Shown piece by piece: positions 9,850-24,069 of a stretch of 64,000 nucleotides of DNA (within the stretch, counting starts at the first letter, position 1; each line of letters starts with the position of its first letter). Below the pieces are notes generated by a model. That model was not told where the DNA came from. It searched no databases and worked only from the letters and a program-made list of their open reading frames with translations. The position numbers were made by a program, and so were the translations under genes. Source of the stretch: Perna viridis (lineage: Eukaryota); NCBI GenBank assembly GCA_037379345.1, contig CM074515.1:26288001-26352000 (forward strand). The letters run 5' to 3'.

Positions 9850-12800
9850 ATGGAGAAAAGTCAGTACTGCACATGTGAAACATGTGTAACGCTATCCAAA
9901 CACGGAACTGGTAGGGATAATATTGAGAATCTGATGAGAGAAATTCAAAACGTGAAGACTGAAAATGACTTTTTGAAAGAATACCTTGTTACAGTCAGAA
10001 ACAACGCAACTCTGAAAACTGCCAACGCCCTAACGTCTATTTTGGTGTGGTCTGATAGACAACTATGCCAAAGATTCAAAGGTCTGTATTTCATTGGACA
10101 GAGTTTGTACTTACCACTTATACAGTGCGTTGATTTCACGCATCATTGGTTTACAGTTGTTGATACAAGACTGTTTATTTTAGTCTTGAACATCTTGGAA
10201 ATCCATAGGTGCCAACGTCGCCTGACAAGTCATCATTGATGGATTAGAATGCGACAGAGGCACTCGTAGGATTATGATGATGATTCTGGTAGGGTCAGAT
10301 CCACTTTCTTTTCTTTTCTCGGTTGAATGTAAGCATGGCCCAAAACATCGTAATTTTTTAGACTTTGTTTTGTTTTCACTATTTTTTTTTTTCAAATTGC
10401 AACACATTTTCTGGTTCAAAGCATTCTTTTTGCACATAAAATTCAGTTTGTGAATACATGGGTTCTGCGATTTTCGCCTCTTGTAATGCTCTCGAATTGG
10501 GCTCAAAATTTTCTGTTGGCTTGTCAGATTTATTCTGGTCAAACAAATATCTGTTGTAATGCTTTTTAATGCTTTCCAGATGTTTTCACAAATCTAGGAA
10601 CGGAAAGTATTCAACAAGGCAATAGTGTATTTTCATCAATGTCAGCCCCAAAAACGTCAGAGCAAAGTCATATTTCAGCATCCTACAGAAATGAAGCGGC
10701 CGTGCTGATTCCTCGTAAGAAAATACCCTCGCCGATTCAGCAACATGCACAATCCAATCGACCACCCTCACCAAGTATTGTAAGTTACAGCAATCAACAA
10801 AACATATCAATACCAAGTGCACAATATGAACCAAGACCCTTTTCGTCCTATACTGGTATTAGTGGACAAAGATCGCCAACTGTTACTTATCAGCAGACTG
10901 CAGAAGACCATGCATTTAGACCAGTCTCCTCTCCGCCTCAAACGGATCGATGGAATCAAGTAGTTGCCAAATCTGGGGTCTGTTCTCCTTCGCCAATTCA
11001 ACAAAGCAATGTGAAAATGGGAAATGTTGTCTCCCAAGCTGTGGAATACAACAGAAAGTCGCAGATAGCCAATCAATCGACTCTCACCAACCAACAAACT
11101 GTGGCGGATAATGTGTTTCGACCAGTCTCACCACCTCGTTCGGAGCAATGGAGTCAGTCGATTAACAATGTGAAGGTTCATTCACCATCACCAAATCAAC
11201 AAAGAGAAGTAGTATCTGAAGCTGTGAATTACAACCAACAACCTCAAATAGTAAACTTTTCACCGCAACATGTAAACCACACATATAGTGGACAGCGATC
11301 TCCAATTCACCATCATACTGCAAGGCCCGCGGCTTTGAGTTTGAGTGATCCATATCAACACGCCTATCATTCAACTTCGACAAAAACCACAAAGATAGTC
11401 TCTCCAACATTTGGACAAAGCACTAGACAAATGTCGCCATCATTACAAGGTTCCCCTGAGTTTGGGGGTTCGTACAGACAACCCTCACCAACCAATTCAA
11501 GTTCTCCTGTAAGGTTGTCCTTCCAACAAACATCTGTAAACAGTCCTACTTCGTATCAAAGTGCTCTTGGTGCAAAAAGATCTGAAATGATCTCCGATGA
11601 TTGGAAAACACTCGTCTATCAGCCACCTGAAATGATAGTATCAAACCGCAGTGGGCATAAGGCTGATGTCAGTGGTTTGTCAGGTAAAAAGTCCATGAGT
11701 GAGGGTTACGGAAGCCACATAGAGACTGAACAGTATGATTCTTATTTAAGCGATGGAAGGGCCAGAATTGGAGACCCAGTTTATACATCGACCCCAAACA
11801 AAACCAGTTCTAAAGGTTTTAACGTCATACAAGGTGAGGTATTTTATGCGGTAATAAAAAAATATCAGCTCAATGTTCATTTAAAAGGATTGCAGTAATA
11901 GCAAATAACGACCTGATCATGATATACCACTAACCAAATTAATTTGTAGTACTGGATTACATTCTTTTGATTACCGCTATAACCTTGGTTCCTTTGATTA
12001 CTTTTTGTAAATAGCTATCCATTTTCTCCCTTTGCAACGTTTAAAAGGTCATATTTTTTAGGTCAAAATAGAAAAGAATTTAGTAAAATAAGTCAAACTG
12101 AGCAAATATCCACAATTATAGTTAATTAGTGTTTTCAGAAGCATTTTGTCTCAACAACAAAAACATTTTGCCAATATCAGAATACTTCAAATTTCTGAAA
12201 AGAAATGTAGAAAATAAATAACACCCCTAAAGAAAGAGTAATCAAGGGAACCAAGGTTATAGCGGTATTCAAAAGAATGTAATCCAGGGACAAAGACCAG
12301 ACATGGAAAAAAGACATACACAACAAAGAACATAAAGTAACTAAAATCATACGAAGTAACAAAAGCAAATGAGCAACTCGGACTACACTAAAAACTGGGA
12401 GCATGGACCAGGTGCACCGGTAAGGTAAGCATCCTCTGCTTTTCTAGAAACACCCATCACACATAAAAACACACAATGAGAGATAATAAATGCAATACCA
12501 TTTAATTTATCAATTTGCATATCCTAGTCGCATTAATAGGATAGACACAGATTAGACCAAAGACGAAATTAAAAAAAAATACTATGATAATTTCCAATGC
12601 AACAGTCAAAATTAGACTGAATGTGCCAAAATAACCTTGTGGGAAAATCATCAAAGTAATTGCAAGTAACTAAAATATTAGCAGGTCTATAAAACAAGCT
12701 GTAGTGTTTGCTTGCCTTGCCAGGTTGTTATCATGTTAGCCACACAAGAAGTTGGCATATCTAATCTACCCATTTGACATGTTTTTTTTTCTGTTTTTTT

Positions 12801-13802
12801 TTATTTCAGATGCTAGTAATACATTTGACGAAATGAGGTCATCCGAGAAAATTCTGTCAAATCAAATTCCAATGCCAAGTATGTGCATGTACTCGAAATT
12901 TCAATTTTTTTATTTTTATATATTCGTGTATATTGCATACCTTATTCGTTGATACTCATACATTTCTGGACACACAAGACATACGTGTAACTCTGCAAAG
13001 AGATTACAAGACACTCAGTATACTGATTGCTAGACAAAACTAATTCCAACGCAATATTGACGAAAAAAACCAAAAAAAAACCAAAACAAAAACAAAAACA
13101 AAAACAAAAATAAAAACAAAAACTAAATGAAAATGAAAACAAACCAAAACAAAAACACCGATCCAAAAAGATATCTACTTTCAATTCAATATCATTCATG
13201 AATCGTCCATTTTTTTTTCAGGTACATCGATACTGTGCAGGCCTATAGATTCCGTTATTGGTCTCAATCCAATATATTCAGAACAACGTCGTCTCAAAGT
13301 ATCCCAAATTCGTCCGAACAAAAGAATCATCGGAGAAGTAGCATTCCAGCTCGACAGAAGGATCTTAGAGTATGTATTTGCGTGGAAATATACCCTTGAA
13401 AATTCTCAGGACAAGAGACGGAGGTTCTATGGTTTCACGGTCAATAACATTGGAGCAATGATCAGAAAAGAAGCCGTCTACAGAGACGGAAAATTTAATG
13501 CGAAGAAAGAACTCGAAATGAGATATCGTTTTGACTATATTGTAAAAAGCTTGTCAAAATTTGGATATAGACTCGAGAAGCATTCAGTATTGTCTCAAGA
13601 TCTTGTCAACCGTTATGGACTTCTCAGTGGCCCACCAGATCGTAAGACGTCTAGAGAAATGGGTCTTAGCGATCCAGTGGTACTAAGGGTTATATTGAGT
13701 CATGTAGTGAAGGATAATAGTCTTCTACATGATATTTTGATCCTGCTCGATTGTTTATGTCTCCTTGCCCACGAAGATAAGAGACCAATTTTTCTTTATT
13801 AA
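9850..13802 (+). CDS. SPATC1L: Speriolin-like protein (SPATC1/SPATC1L family), 4 exons: 9850-10081, 10580-11833, 12810-12878, 13222-13802 (711 aa)
   Basis: Three GT-AG introns, all phase 1, join into one open frame. N-terminal coiled coil (NIENLMREIQNVKTENDFLKE), S/P/Q-rich middle, and a C-terminal IIGEVAFQLDRRILEYVF...RRFYGFTVNNI...LVNRYGLL...LLDCLCLLAHED region typical of Speriolin_C. AATAAA at 13844. Confidence 0.85.
11952..12003 (+). mobile_element. Penelope-like element extreme 3' fragment
   Basis: Reverse complement of about 12234-12287. Confidence 0.75.
12233..12455 (-). mobile_element. Penelope-like element 3' terminal fragment
   Basis: Near-identical to 16835-17060. Confidence 0.85.
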
Positions 13803-15400
13803 CCAATTATTGAAATGTTTATGCTGTAAAATCCAAGATGATTAATAAAACAAACTTTTCAAAATTGTAAATATCACATATTAACAAAAGCAATACAATG
13901 TCATTTGTAAATTGGTAATCCAGTATATCGAATCTACTAAACATAAGTGCATATACTGTACAATTATGCTATTACTATGATTGTCAAATTATTATGAAAC
14001 CTTCTCTGTCAAGATTTTGGTGAAAACGGTATTTACTATCTTTATAAAGGTTATACGATTGTGCATTCGTGGCGTTTCACAATATCTGTTCCTTTTCCTA
14101 GCGTACAATATAACTCAAGAGGAAATAGCTATTCAGAAAAAAAGTGAACCATATATGCATGTTTATAAACTCAGGTAGATTTGGGGCTAATATCAAAGTT
14201 TTCTTTCAACAACAAAACTGACTTATTAAAGCTTGTGGTATGTAGAGGTTAACAAAGCAAGGCTATAGTTGAAATATAATTTCTAAAAATGGACAATAAA
14301 AAAACACAAAAGGGGGACAGAAAATAGCTCATCTTTCCAATAACCGAAATATTAAAAGTATATAACTAGAAATATTTTTCATATTTGTATTATACAGAGA
14401 GAATAGATAAACTAAGACTGAAGCTGACCAAATTAGTCTGTCTTTGTTTCAGTATGATGACAGTTTTGTGCCTTTCGTCACAAATGGCGCAATGTTCCCT
14501 AATGCCAGCACTCCACAGTATTGTAGAACTGCCTAATTTTGGTCTTGTAATCTGATGCTTTGTAACATTTATCATTTTAAAAAAATTGTCAAGCAAGCCA
14601 AGGCCTGCAGAATGCAGTAAAACATTTCTCGAAAAAAATTACCCACAGCAAATAGAAACCATGCAAAAATATGTGAAAACTAGCGAAAAAGTTGATAAAA
14701 TCAGGTTTAAAAATATCAAATTTCCCGCAAAATATCTGAAATTTTTATTTTATGCCCTGAAACTGTCCAAAAATTTTCCTGGGAAAACTCCTTCCTCATA
14801 TGGGCATCGCCAGTTAGATTTTTAGCTATGTCACTTTGTAATCCACTTATCAAATTTAGCATGGTAAAAAAATTGACATACTTTTACAATGAAGTCAAAT
14901 TGTCATTGGAAAAAAGCCCCTTCAACACTGAAAATATATGAAACATTGCAAAATACTGTTAAAAGTCCCCTTTTTCAGAAAATGTTTTAACAACAATAGA
15001 TTCTTCATTTTTAATCACTATAGCAACCACCGGTTTCCATTAATGTCACCCTAGCCAAAAGTGCGAAACTAAACTAAACTGTGGAGTGCTCAGAGTTTGA
15101 CATTGACTTTTCGTGATAGGTAGCCCACAGGACGATGTGATAATCAGGTAGCCCTCAAAATTATTTTGTGGTCCTGTTCTTAGGACTAATGAAATTTTAA
15201 GAACTAATTGAGGTAGCCCAAAGGACTACCTATTGATATTTCAAGGCAGTCCTCCTAGAAATTAGGTATACACAGGGCTACCGGACTACTGTTAGTGGTT
15301 AGTGTCGAACCCTGGTGCTGGCTTAAGACAAACACCAATACACCAATACACCAATACAAATTTGTATTTATTATTTTGTTTTGTTTTTTTTTTTTTTTTT

Positions 15401-15498
15401 TGTTCTTTATTGTGTTTGTCTGTTTTCCATGTCTGGTCTTTGTCCCTGGATTACATTCTTTGATTTCCGCTAGAATCTTGGTTCCATTGATTACTCTC
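15401..15498 (+). mobile_element. Penelope-like element 3' fragment
   Basis: tgtctgttttccatgtctggtctttgtccctggattacattc... is the reverse complement of the family 3' end. Confidence 0.8.
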
Positions 15499-16834
15499 TC
15501 TAAAAACTCCATAAATTAAATGTGGGTTAATTTAGATAGTCTACAAAGAAATAAGAGAATTTTCTTTTTGAGTCCGCCAAAATACATAGCGGCACCGGAA
15601 GAACTTGTCATGTGTCATCCTATCCGGTTTTGTGAAAAGCATCCCATGGTGTACTTGTGAAGAATAGTTACTACATTTACTAAAATGAATAATGAGTATA
15701 ACAAATGTTAAAGTTTCAATTATTTTTTGAAGTCGCATAAAAAAGTGATGGTGCGTTGCTTTCAAAATATTCATTTAGATGTCGGATGTTTTCTTCTATT
15801 GACTTCCGGCAACAATCAGAATCAGTTATCTCCCTTGAAATTGGATTGTTGGGCTAGTTGACATTTCAAAATATTCGGTGGGTATTCCAGTTTGCATTCT
15901 GTTAACGTGTTATCGTATTGATTTTATGCAATATTGTTTTCGTTTGTCCTTGGCGAATTATGTCTCTTATGCACAAGTTACATCCAATCGATAGAAAGAG
16001 TTGCTATGAATGCATAATGTAATGATCCGCCGATCATCTTGTGATAAAATGGGCGTTGTTGAGCTACTTTTCTCTAAGATGTCAGTCAGTTTTGTTGAAA
16101 AGCTTGTTCATGCATACATAAGTTTTTCACTTATAGATTGGTTTTCACTAGTTTATGTCATGTTTCCATCTACCCAATCACATTCCACCTTGTTTATTTT
16201 TAACTGTGACAGCAAGTGGGGTGACCATATCACATGTAAGTGTCCCCTCTGTCTTTAAATACATATGTATAGTAGCCAAATTTCTAAAGGAAAAATAAAT
16301 GATAATAAAAAGTTTGATTTAATTTTGTCAAGGTAGGTAAAACTAGTAAAATATAGGCTATGATGATTTTTTAAATGTCATTTCACTAAATATAATGCAT
16401 ATACATGTATTTACATATTTTCATCTTACTACTCTTAAGATTTCTCAGTGACTAAGTCTTCATCTAGCTAAATTATCTTTTATCATTTTCTATCACATCA
16501 CAGGATCCTAAACTGTAGTATTTAAAGGGAGTAAGTTTCTTATACATGTAGCATAATCAATTAAAACAGGGTGATACATGTAGATTACATGCAAGTCTTT
16601 TCTTTGGTGCATGTTCATATTCTTAATTCATACTACTTCATGCACATGCAATTAGATCTTTGTCATTGTAAATTTTGTCATGTTCAGGTCCAAAAGGGTG
16701 AACCAGATTTCAGATTTCAGATTTCAACAAAAACGGAGTAACATTAATTATTGAAAAGTTCTTATTTATCAAAAAATGAAAGAGTGAAATTAATACATTT
16801 GTACAGTAGTTTATAATTATAAAGCCCCCAAGTT

Positions 16835-17434
16835 AAAGAGTAATCAAGGGAACCAAGGTTATAGCGGTAATCAAAAGAATGTATTCCAGGGACAAAGACC
16901 AGACATGGAAAACAGACATACACAACAAAGAACATAACGTAACTAAAATCATACATACAAAGTAACAAAAGCAAACGAGCAACTTGGACTCCACTAAAAA
17001 CTGGGAGCATGGACCAGGTGCACCGGTAGGGTAAGCGTTCTCTGCTTTTCTAGAAACACCCGCCGAGTTGCTCATAAAAAGTCAAGTCCGAGGTAGACAA
17101 ACGAGGAAAGGAAAACTGTGACCCATTGAATAAGTCAGTTTTCATGATGCTGATGGATACACCATAACGATCCACGAGTTCATGATGACGACCATAAAAC
17201 TTCTGTAGTGATGACTTCAATCTTGTAGCAACATAACCCTGTTGCAGAAGCCTATTTATTAGAGTTCTAGCACAATACAAAAAGTCTGCGTAGTTTCGGC
17301 AAGCTCTGGCATAACGTATGAGTTGTGATATGAACACTCCATATGCAGGAGCCGAAGGGATGTTGCCACAGATGAAAGGAAAGTTGACAATTCTGAATGA
17401 AAAGTCATCACGTTTGTCGTAAAGTTTGGTCAAT
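16835..17434 (-). mobile_element. Penelope-like element 3' fragment (RT C-terminus plus 3' tail)
   Basis: TKLYDKRDDFSFRIVNFPF...SLQKFYGRHHELVDRY; near-identical to 7293-7810. Confidence 0.88.
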
Positions 17435-20400
17435 ATTTAAAGTTTTGCATATTTCTATCCTAGCTTTGCACATTCAAGTGCCTTCTGTTTTGAGAATTTG
17501 CTCCTCCATCTTAATTTTCTATCTGGAACACTCTAATGCTTGAATTCCTTTTTATAAAAACTCAATTTATGACAGGGATATTTGTAATTTTAACCTTGTA
17601 CATGTAAGATTTCCTAATTATCTCCAACATGGATTAGATTTCAAGATAAACCACAATGTTTGTGACATCATGATAAAACTTTTTATGATGCCTTGTTAAT
17701 TCATGTACATATAGTACTGTACAGAGAAATACAATGTAACAACAAGCAAAGCTTTGAAAATAGAAATACATGTACTTAAATTTATTGTTGTACATGTACA
17801 TGTATCAGAAATATAGTTTTAAAAAGGATAAAGTGATCATTCACCTTCTGAAAATGAAAGACAAAAAATCTTTGACATTCACAGGTTTTTAATGTTATAA
17901 ACTCAGCAGAGCCTGTTTGGACTTGAAATCTTAACTTTTGGTATTTGATGTTACATTGTCTGGCACTCTTGGAGTTTATCATCTCACACAGGCCACTTCG
18001 ACTTACATGTATTATTAAAGGGAGAACATAGTGGGTAGCCTAACACAGTGGACTGGAGTGACACAACAAATACAGAGCTGTTTGGGAAGACACGATGAAC
18101 ACAATGGTTATCTGAACACAATGGACTGCAGACTTTGATATGCCTGTGTTCCTTTGTATCTACATTAAGATTGACTTCATAGTGCCACATTCGTTCTGTC
18201 TTCCCAAACAGTTCTGTGTTCATTGTGTTGCTCCAATTTGTTATGTTAGTTGTTAATAGGAGTTAATTGAAACCTGCATGATGGTTAATACTTATGGAAA
18301 ACATTTCTTTATGGACAGGGAAAATTTGTGTTACTTATATCATATGCTGTAGGGATTAATTTTAGTTGTTACTTTTGGACCATATTGCAATGCTACTTAA
18401 ATAGCTTAGAGGTACATGTACAATGTACATACATACAAAACAAAATGTACATGTAGTCTGCACTGTAGATATGAAATGCATTTCCATTCTCGATAGCAGC
18501 ATGTATCATACATGTAATTTTTCATGCATTTGTATGTATTGATCCTATTAATTTGGAGGAAGCCACATGTACATGTAGGAAAAGAAATGAATTTTTATGT
18601 GTAATGTTCAAGTACAAGTATTAAAATTTAATTATTTTCACTCTATTAATCAGGTGAATAAAATAGAATTGGTTTAACATACACATTTTGTGTATGTGTA
18701 CAATGTAAGTTCAAAACAAAGAATATTTTTTGTCAGATGTAATTCAGGACCAAATATGCAGATATAAAAAAGCTCTTTATTAATTTGCTTTCTTGAGATG
18801 ACAACTTAATCACATATGTGACCTTTATCTGATGATGAAGAATGCAACTTTAATTCTTTATAACTACCTACAGGGGATTTTGTTTATGGTTGAATGATCA
18901 AAGATAATACACATTGATGTTTGTATGGTACATTTTTGTAGTGAGGGTTGCTTTCAGAGAACTATATTGGCGGACATCATATTGGGCAAAAATGACATTA
19001 TATTTTTCACATGTACAACATGTGTGGTATTTTGTTTACAGCTAAGGTTTCTTTCATAGTTGAATGATCAAATGTGATACATATTGATGTTTGTAAGGTT
19101 GTGTATGTTGGTTCAGTGAACAATACTGTTCAACATCATATTGGGCAAAAATGTATTTTTACATGTACAGGTACATATATGTTGTATTCAGCTCAAATGT
19201 GATATTCATTTTGTATGTGTATGATACTGATTAGAATGGCAAGCAAAGCATATGTAATTATTGAGAACCATTCAAGTCCATCCTTCACAAATTTGGTTTC
19301 TATATGATAACTCAAGAACTATTGGTTTGAATCTTTTTGAACTTTAATTATACATGTCATGTTTGATTATTGTGTTTCACATCTACAAAAGATTTACAGC
19401 TATAGAGTTTTGGCCTCTTCCCCCTAGAAAATTTAGGTTTAGAGAAGGGGGTATCTACGACCAACAGTTAAAAGTCAGGTTTTTCTTGTTTTATTAAAAT
19501 GGTTTTACATGTATTTTATTTCCACATGTTTATATCATTAAAAATTATTTTGATATACAAAAATGAATACATGTTAATATTTTTTTTAATTCATCATCAA
19601 ATTTGAATTACAAAAAAATGTACCAGTACAAAATATGAAGTGTCCAGTCATTGTACATAAACCTTTAGGCTTTACTTTCAATGAATTATTAGTCAGAGCA
19701 TATGTTTAAGTAAATACATGTACATTTACCTGCTAGAAGATGTATGAACTTGTCTAGCATGTTTGCATGTATATTTCCTGTAATGTTTAATTACAAAAAG
19801 AATTTCTAACACTGTGTACAACAGCACATTCTTTTCTGTATACCTGTACATGTAATTAACTTCAAAGTTAAAAATATAGTATAAGTACATGTACATGTAA
19901 CTGTTAGTTAGAAAGAATGGATAACTGAAATACATGTATAATCACAAATGCTAGATAAACAGTAAATTGAATAAATCCATTTGATTTGATAATTCTGTGC
20001 ACCAGCTGTGAAATCCTCTGGCATTAATTCTTGACAGGATATTATAATGTATACATACAGTTGTACATGTACAGTGTGTTAATTGCAAAATGCTACTGTT
20101 TAAATGCAGTCAAATTTTTAGCCTTGCTAGACAATTGTACTTGTCCAAACTCATTGAACTTGAAATTATTTGGTCTTTAGTACGCTCCCGAAGGGAGCGT
20201 TTATGGTTGTATTATCAACTTGGTTCTGTATACTTATGGCAAGAAAAAGCATCAATATCTGGTTTGTACCTGCATTTTCAGGAGCTGAAAACAGCATAAT
20301 GGCAGCTTCATTTGCGTATACTTGTGTATGTGTGATTGAGCGCCAAACCAGTCTCGGAAAATATTTGCTAGTTTCGATAATTAAATACAAATCGAATCAT

Positions 20401-21472
20401 AGTTTTTCCAAGATAGGGTTGGCCTTATAGTCTGCAGTATGGCTCCCGGATGTTTACAAAAATTACGTCATCAATATTACCCATAATTCTCAAGTCATAA
20501 AAATTGCGAAACGAAAACGAACCAAAACGAAACGAAAATAATTGATAAAAGAAATAATTGAAATAAAACAATTTGATAAAATGAATCAAATTATTATGAA
20601 AACATAATTAAACTGTACTAAATGAAACAGAATGCAGTGAAACTAAATACAATAAAAGAAATATTTTAAGATATTTTGCAAATTTTAAGAACCATAATGT
20701 TAACCAGTGCCAGACAATTCGACCCAAAGACATTTCGGACCACGAAAACCAATAGTTCTTTATGAATGCTGGACATTTCGGCCAATAGACATATCAGACC
20801 ATGACAATAAGTATAATGCTTTAGGGCAAATATATATCATTACAAAATTTACCATACTTGAAGGTACATGTATAACATATCAAATAAGAGCTGACAAAAA
20901 ATTTGTTTTTATTAATGTTTCTTCGGGAGCATTGAAATTTTAGGCTTCACCTTCGTCATATTATTTGGTGATCATATTAACTACAGTGTACAACAATAAT
21001 GTACATATATGTAAAATTGAATACTTTACATGAACAAAAAATGTATAACTGTACATGTACACCCTGCAGATCATCATTGTAAAATGAACATTGATACCAA
21101 AGTAATTACATTAGTCATGATGGTGATGATGAAACAATTAGTAAGGGTACAATTTTTGTGTATGTACTTTGGTGGCTCATACTGAAAAGATATTGACCAA
21201 AGGCTTGTAGACCAGTAAAGGCTTTCATATATTCATTTATGCATGTCAATTTAATGCAACTGTTTAGTTTATAATTATCCTTGTATCATAGTATTTCCAT
21301 ATTTGGTTTGGTGAAGTCATCCTAAAACAGCATTGAATTGAATACTTGTCTAAACCAAATATAATTCAGAGCTTTGTCATTTCAGTTAATATTCATTGTA
21401 AACCTTAGGTAACCAAACACTTGCCAGAATTTAGTTGACTGTGGATGGTTACATTATAATTGATACTACATA

Positions 21473-21783
21473 CAAATGTATGATATTGCCCAGGCTATGA
21501 ACTGTTCCTTAAGACTGATTTCACTGTGCAAATGTATGATATTGCCCAGGCTATGAACTGTTCCTTTAGACCAGTTTCACTGTGCAAATGTATGATATTG
21601 CCCAGGCTGTGAACTGTTCCTTTAGACCAATTTCACTGTGCAAATGTATGATATTGCCCAGGCTGTGAACTTTTCCTTAAGACTGATTTCACTGTGCAAA
21701 TGTATGATACAAAACAGTATTATCCTGGCTTTGACCTGTTCCTTAAAAGGACATATTTAACTGTACAAATCTTTGATATTGCC
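21473..21783. repeat. Minisatellite, 56-bp unit x4 plus a degenerate copy
   Basis: caaatgtatgatattgcccaggctRtgaactgttcctt...tttcactgtg at 21473, 21529, 21585 and 21641. Confidence 0.95.
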
Positions 21784-24069
21784 ATGTTGTGGTCAGGTAC
21801 ATGTAATTCTCATGCCATGCTTTAGAATTCATGGAATGATTAGTACAAAATGGTTCTAATTTATATTGTTGAGATTAATCTTAGAAACTGATATTTTTAC
21901 TTTGGTTAAGTCCCCTTTCTGATGTTTTTAAGCAGTGATGTTTTGCTTACATCATAGGTTGAAGCTAGAGGATAATTACTCATTGACTTAAACTGTTGTA
22001 CCTTATATTTGAAACTTTTAAGATATCCAGTTGAGTTACCAATGTGCAGGAACAATCACATGTCTGTTAAATTGAGGGATGTTGCATGGACATGACAGTA
22101 ATGTTTAAATTGTATGATTTAAAATAATATTTTTATACCCTGCCACAAGAAGTATAATGTGATACTCTCTGGAAAGTTATGTATTTATTTGTCCAGCCCA
22201 ACAGTTTTCAGATGATAACTTAGAATGATATCGAATGAAGATATTGAAGGATCTTTTTCAAACCTTTTATACAGTAGTTACATGCACTGAGCACAGGTTA
22301 AGTTCAAATTTCAGATTGATCCGATTATTTACAAAAAAGTTATGGCAATTTTTAAGTTGTTTTTACCCTAAATTTTTTTAGCAACATGGCAGGGTATCAT
22401 TTTATGTCCCTTTAGATGCCCTATCTTTTTATACAAGTTAAAATTTCTTCAGACTTCTTATGCTACATGAACATATTTTAGATGACGTTCTTATCATAGA
22501 ATTTTGTCCAATTAACATGATGTTTGATGTCAGAGATTGTCACAGGGCAATTTGTAACTATTGTTGTGGAGTAGTTACAAGTGTTTGAGGCTTGTTTTCA
22601 TGTACAATTACATGGAGGGATTTTCCAAGCCTTTTTAAGTGTAAGGAAGTTGGGTTGTCATATAATTATACAGGTCAGTTTGGTACAAGTAATTACAGAG
22701 GCTGATCTCACTTCCAAAATTTTGTCACCAGAATAATCGCCAGCTACAGATATTAATTATGTACCAGTGTCCTTGCTTGATAAAATAAAGAGCTTCAGTG
22801 TCCTTATCTTTACATGCATCTTCAGGATTGTGATACAGTACCAGTATACATTTATGATTTGTCAAATTATTCTATACAGTCAAAGATACACAGGCTAGTT
22901 ATACATGTAGTTACAATGTATTGCGTAAAATGCATTTACTATTTTTTAGAAGCAATTCAAGTTGTATCAATTTTCACTTAAAAAATGTGAGGGTATCTGT
23001 AATCACCAGGATGTCTGGTATTTTCATGTATGGAAAATATGAAAAATATGAAATATTGTCATGAAGTATTATTCATAATACAAGGAGTTCAGAACTTAAT
23101 ATTATTTTTAGAATGTGATTACACATATATTGGTCCTGTAACAGTTTCTATGTAAAGGTATTGACAGTAAATAATGTAAAAAGTTTATAAATTAAGTTAA
23201 TAAAGATTTAAATAAGAAATTAGACAATTCACACTGTAGAGGTGCTTCTTAGTTAAGGACAATTGACAGGTATTTGCAGATGCTTTGGGACATTTCTTAA
23301 TAGGTTTTGGGAGAATTTTGTAAAAGATTTAAGTGTTTTTATTATGATTGGATTTTAAGGAATTTCAAGTATTGCTATTCAGTTATAGTTTAGATTCTGT
23401 AGTTTACTTTTTAGTATATTATTGTATTATCTTAAACATGACCAATTTTGGAACGGTTATTTTGTCATATGGCTTATATTTGAATATGGTGACTTATCAA
23501 TATTGTTGTAACTGTTATCTTTAAAATTTGACTTATGCATTTGACTTTAATAATAGTAATTTGGAAAACCTCTTGCTTGCCTTATGTCATTAATTAGTGA
23601 GGTAGAACTCCCCAAATTTAAGACTTGGTACATTGATGTTACTACCCTTACATATGAGTACCAAATACCGTGTTATATATTCATTTATGAAGTACCCTAA
23701 GATATTAGTTTGTTTTACCTGCTGCAACTCTAAGAAATTTTAGTAGGTACTGGCAATGTACTTCAATTTGACTAGGACAGGTAACTTGCACATGTGATTC
23801 TTTTAGTTGATTTTTGAAATTTTCTGGATAAGTTTAGGGTGATTTACATTGAATTTTTAAGTTGCTAAAATTGTTAGTGACTTCTTGTACTCGTAATTTC
23901 AGTACTTAATATTCGCATACCATTTGCATAATTATATATTTATATTCCACATTATGCTGCAGATCTGTGCAGTGTTTACTGTCATAGCGTCATTCTAGTT
24001 TCATACAAGATAAAATTGTATCTTTTAAATATAATTGGCGTAAGTTCTACATGTTTCTTGCTTGTATGG

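Noticed and set aside
16762-17075. Recurrent hydrophobic ORFs (MLPVFSGV..., also at 12177 and 61898) as a small membrane-protein family
   Set aside because: They are translations of the T-rich non-coding 3' tail of the Penelope-like element; frames differ between copies.
17984-18223. 79-aa ORF as a coding exon
   Set aside because: No recognisable homology, an in-frame stop shortly upstream, and it overlaps an inverted repeat.
21473-21783. 56-bp repeat array as a CRISPR-like locus
   Set aside because: Units are contiguous with no unique spacers, there are no cas genes, and the context is eukaryotic; it is a minisatellite.
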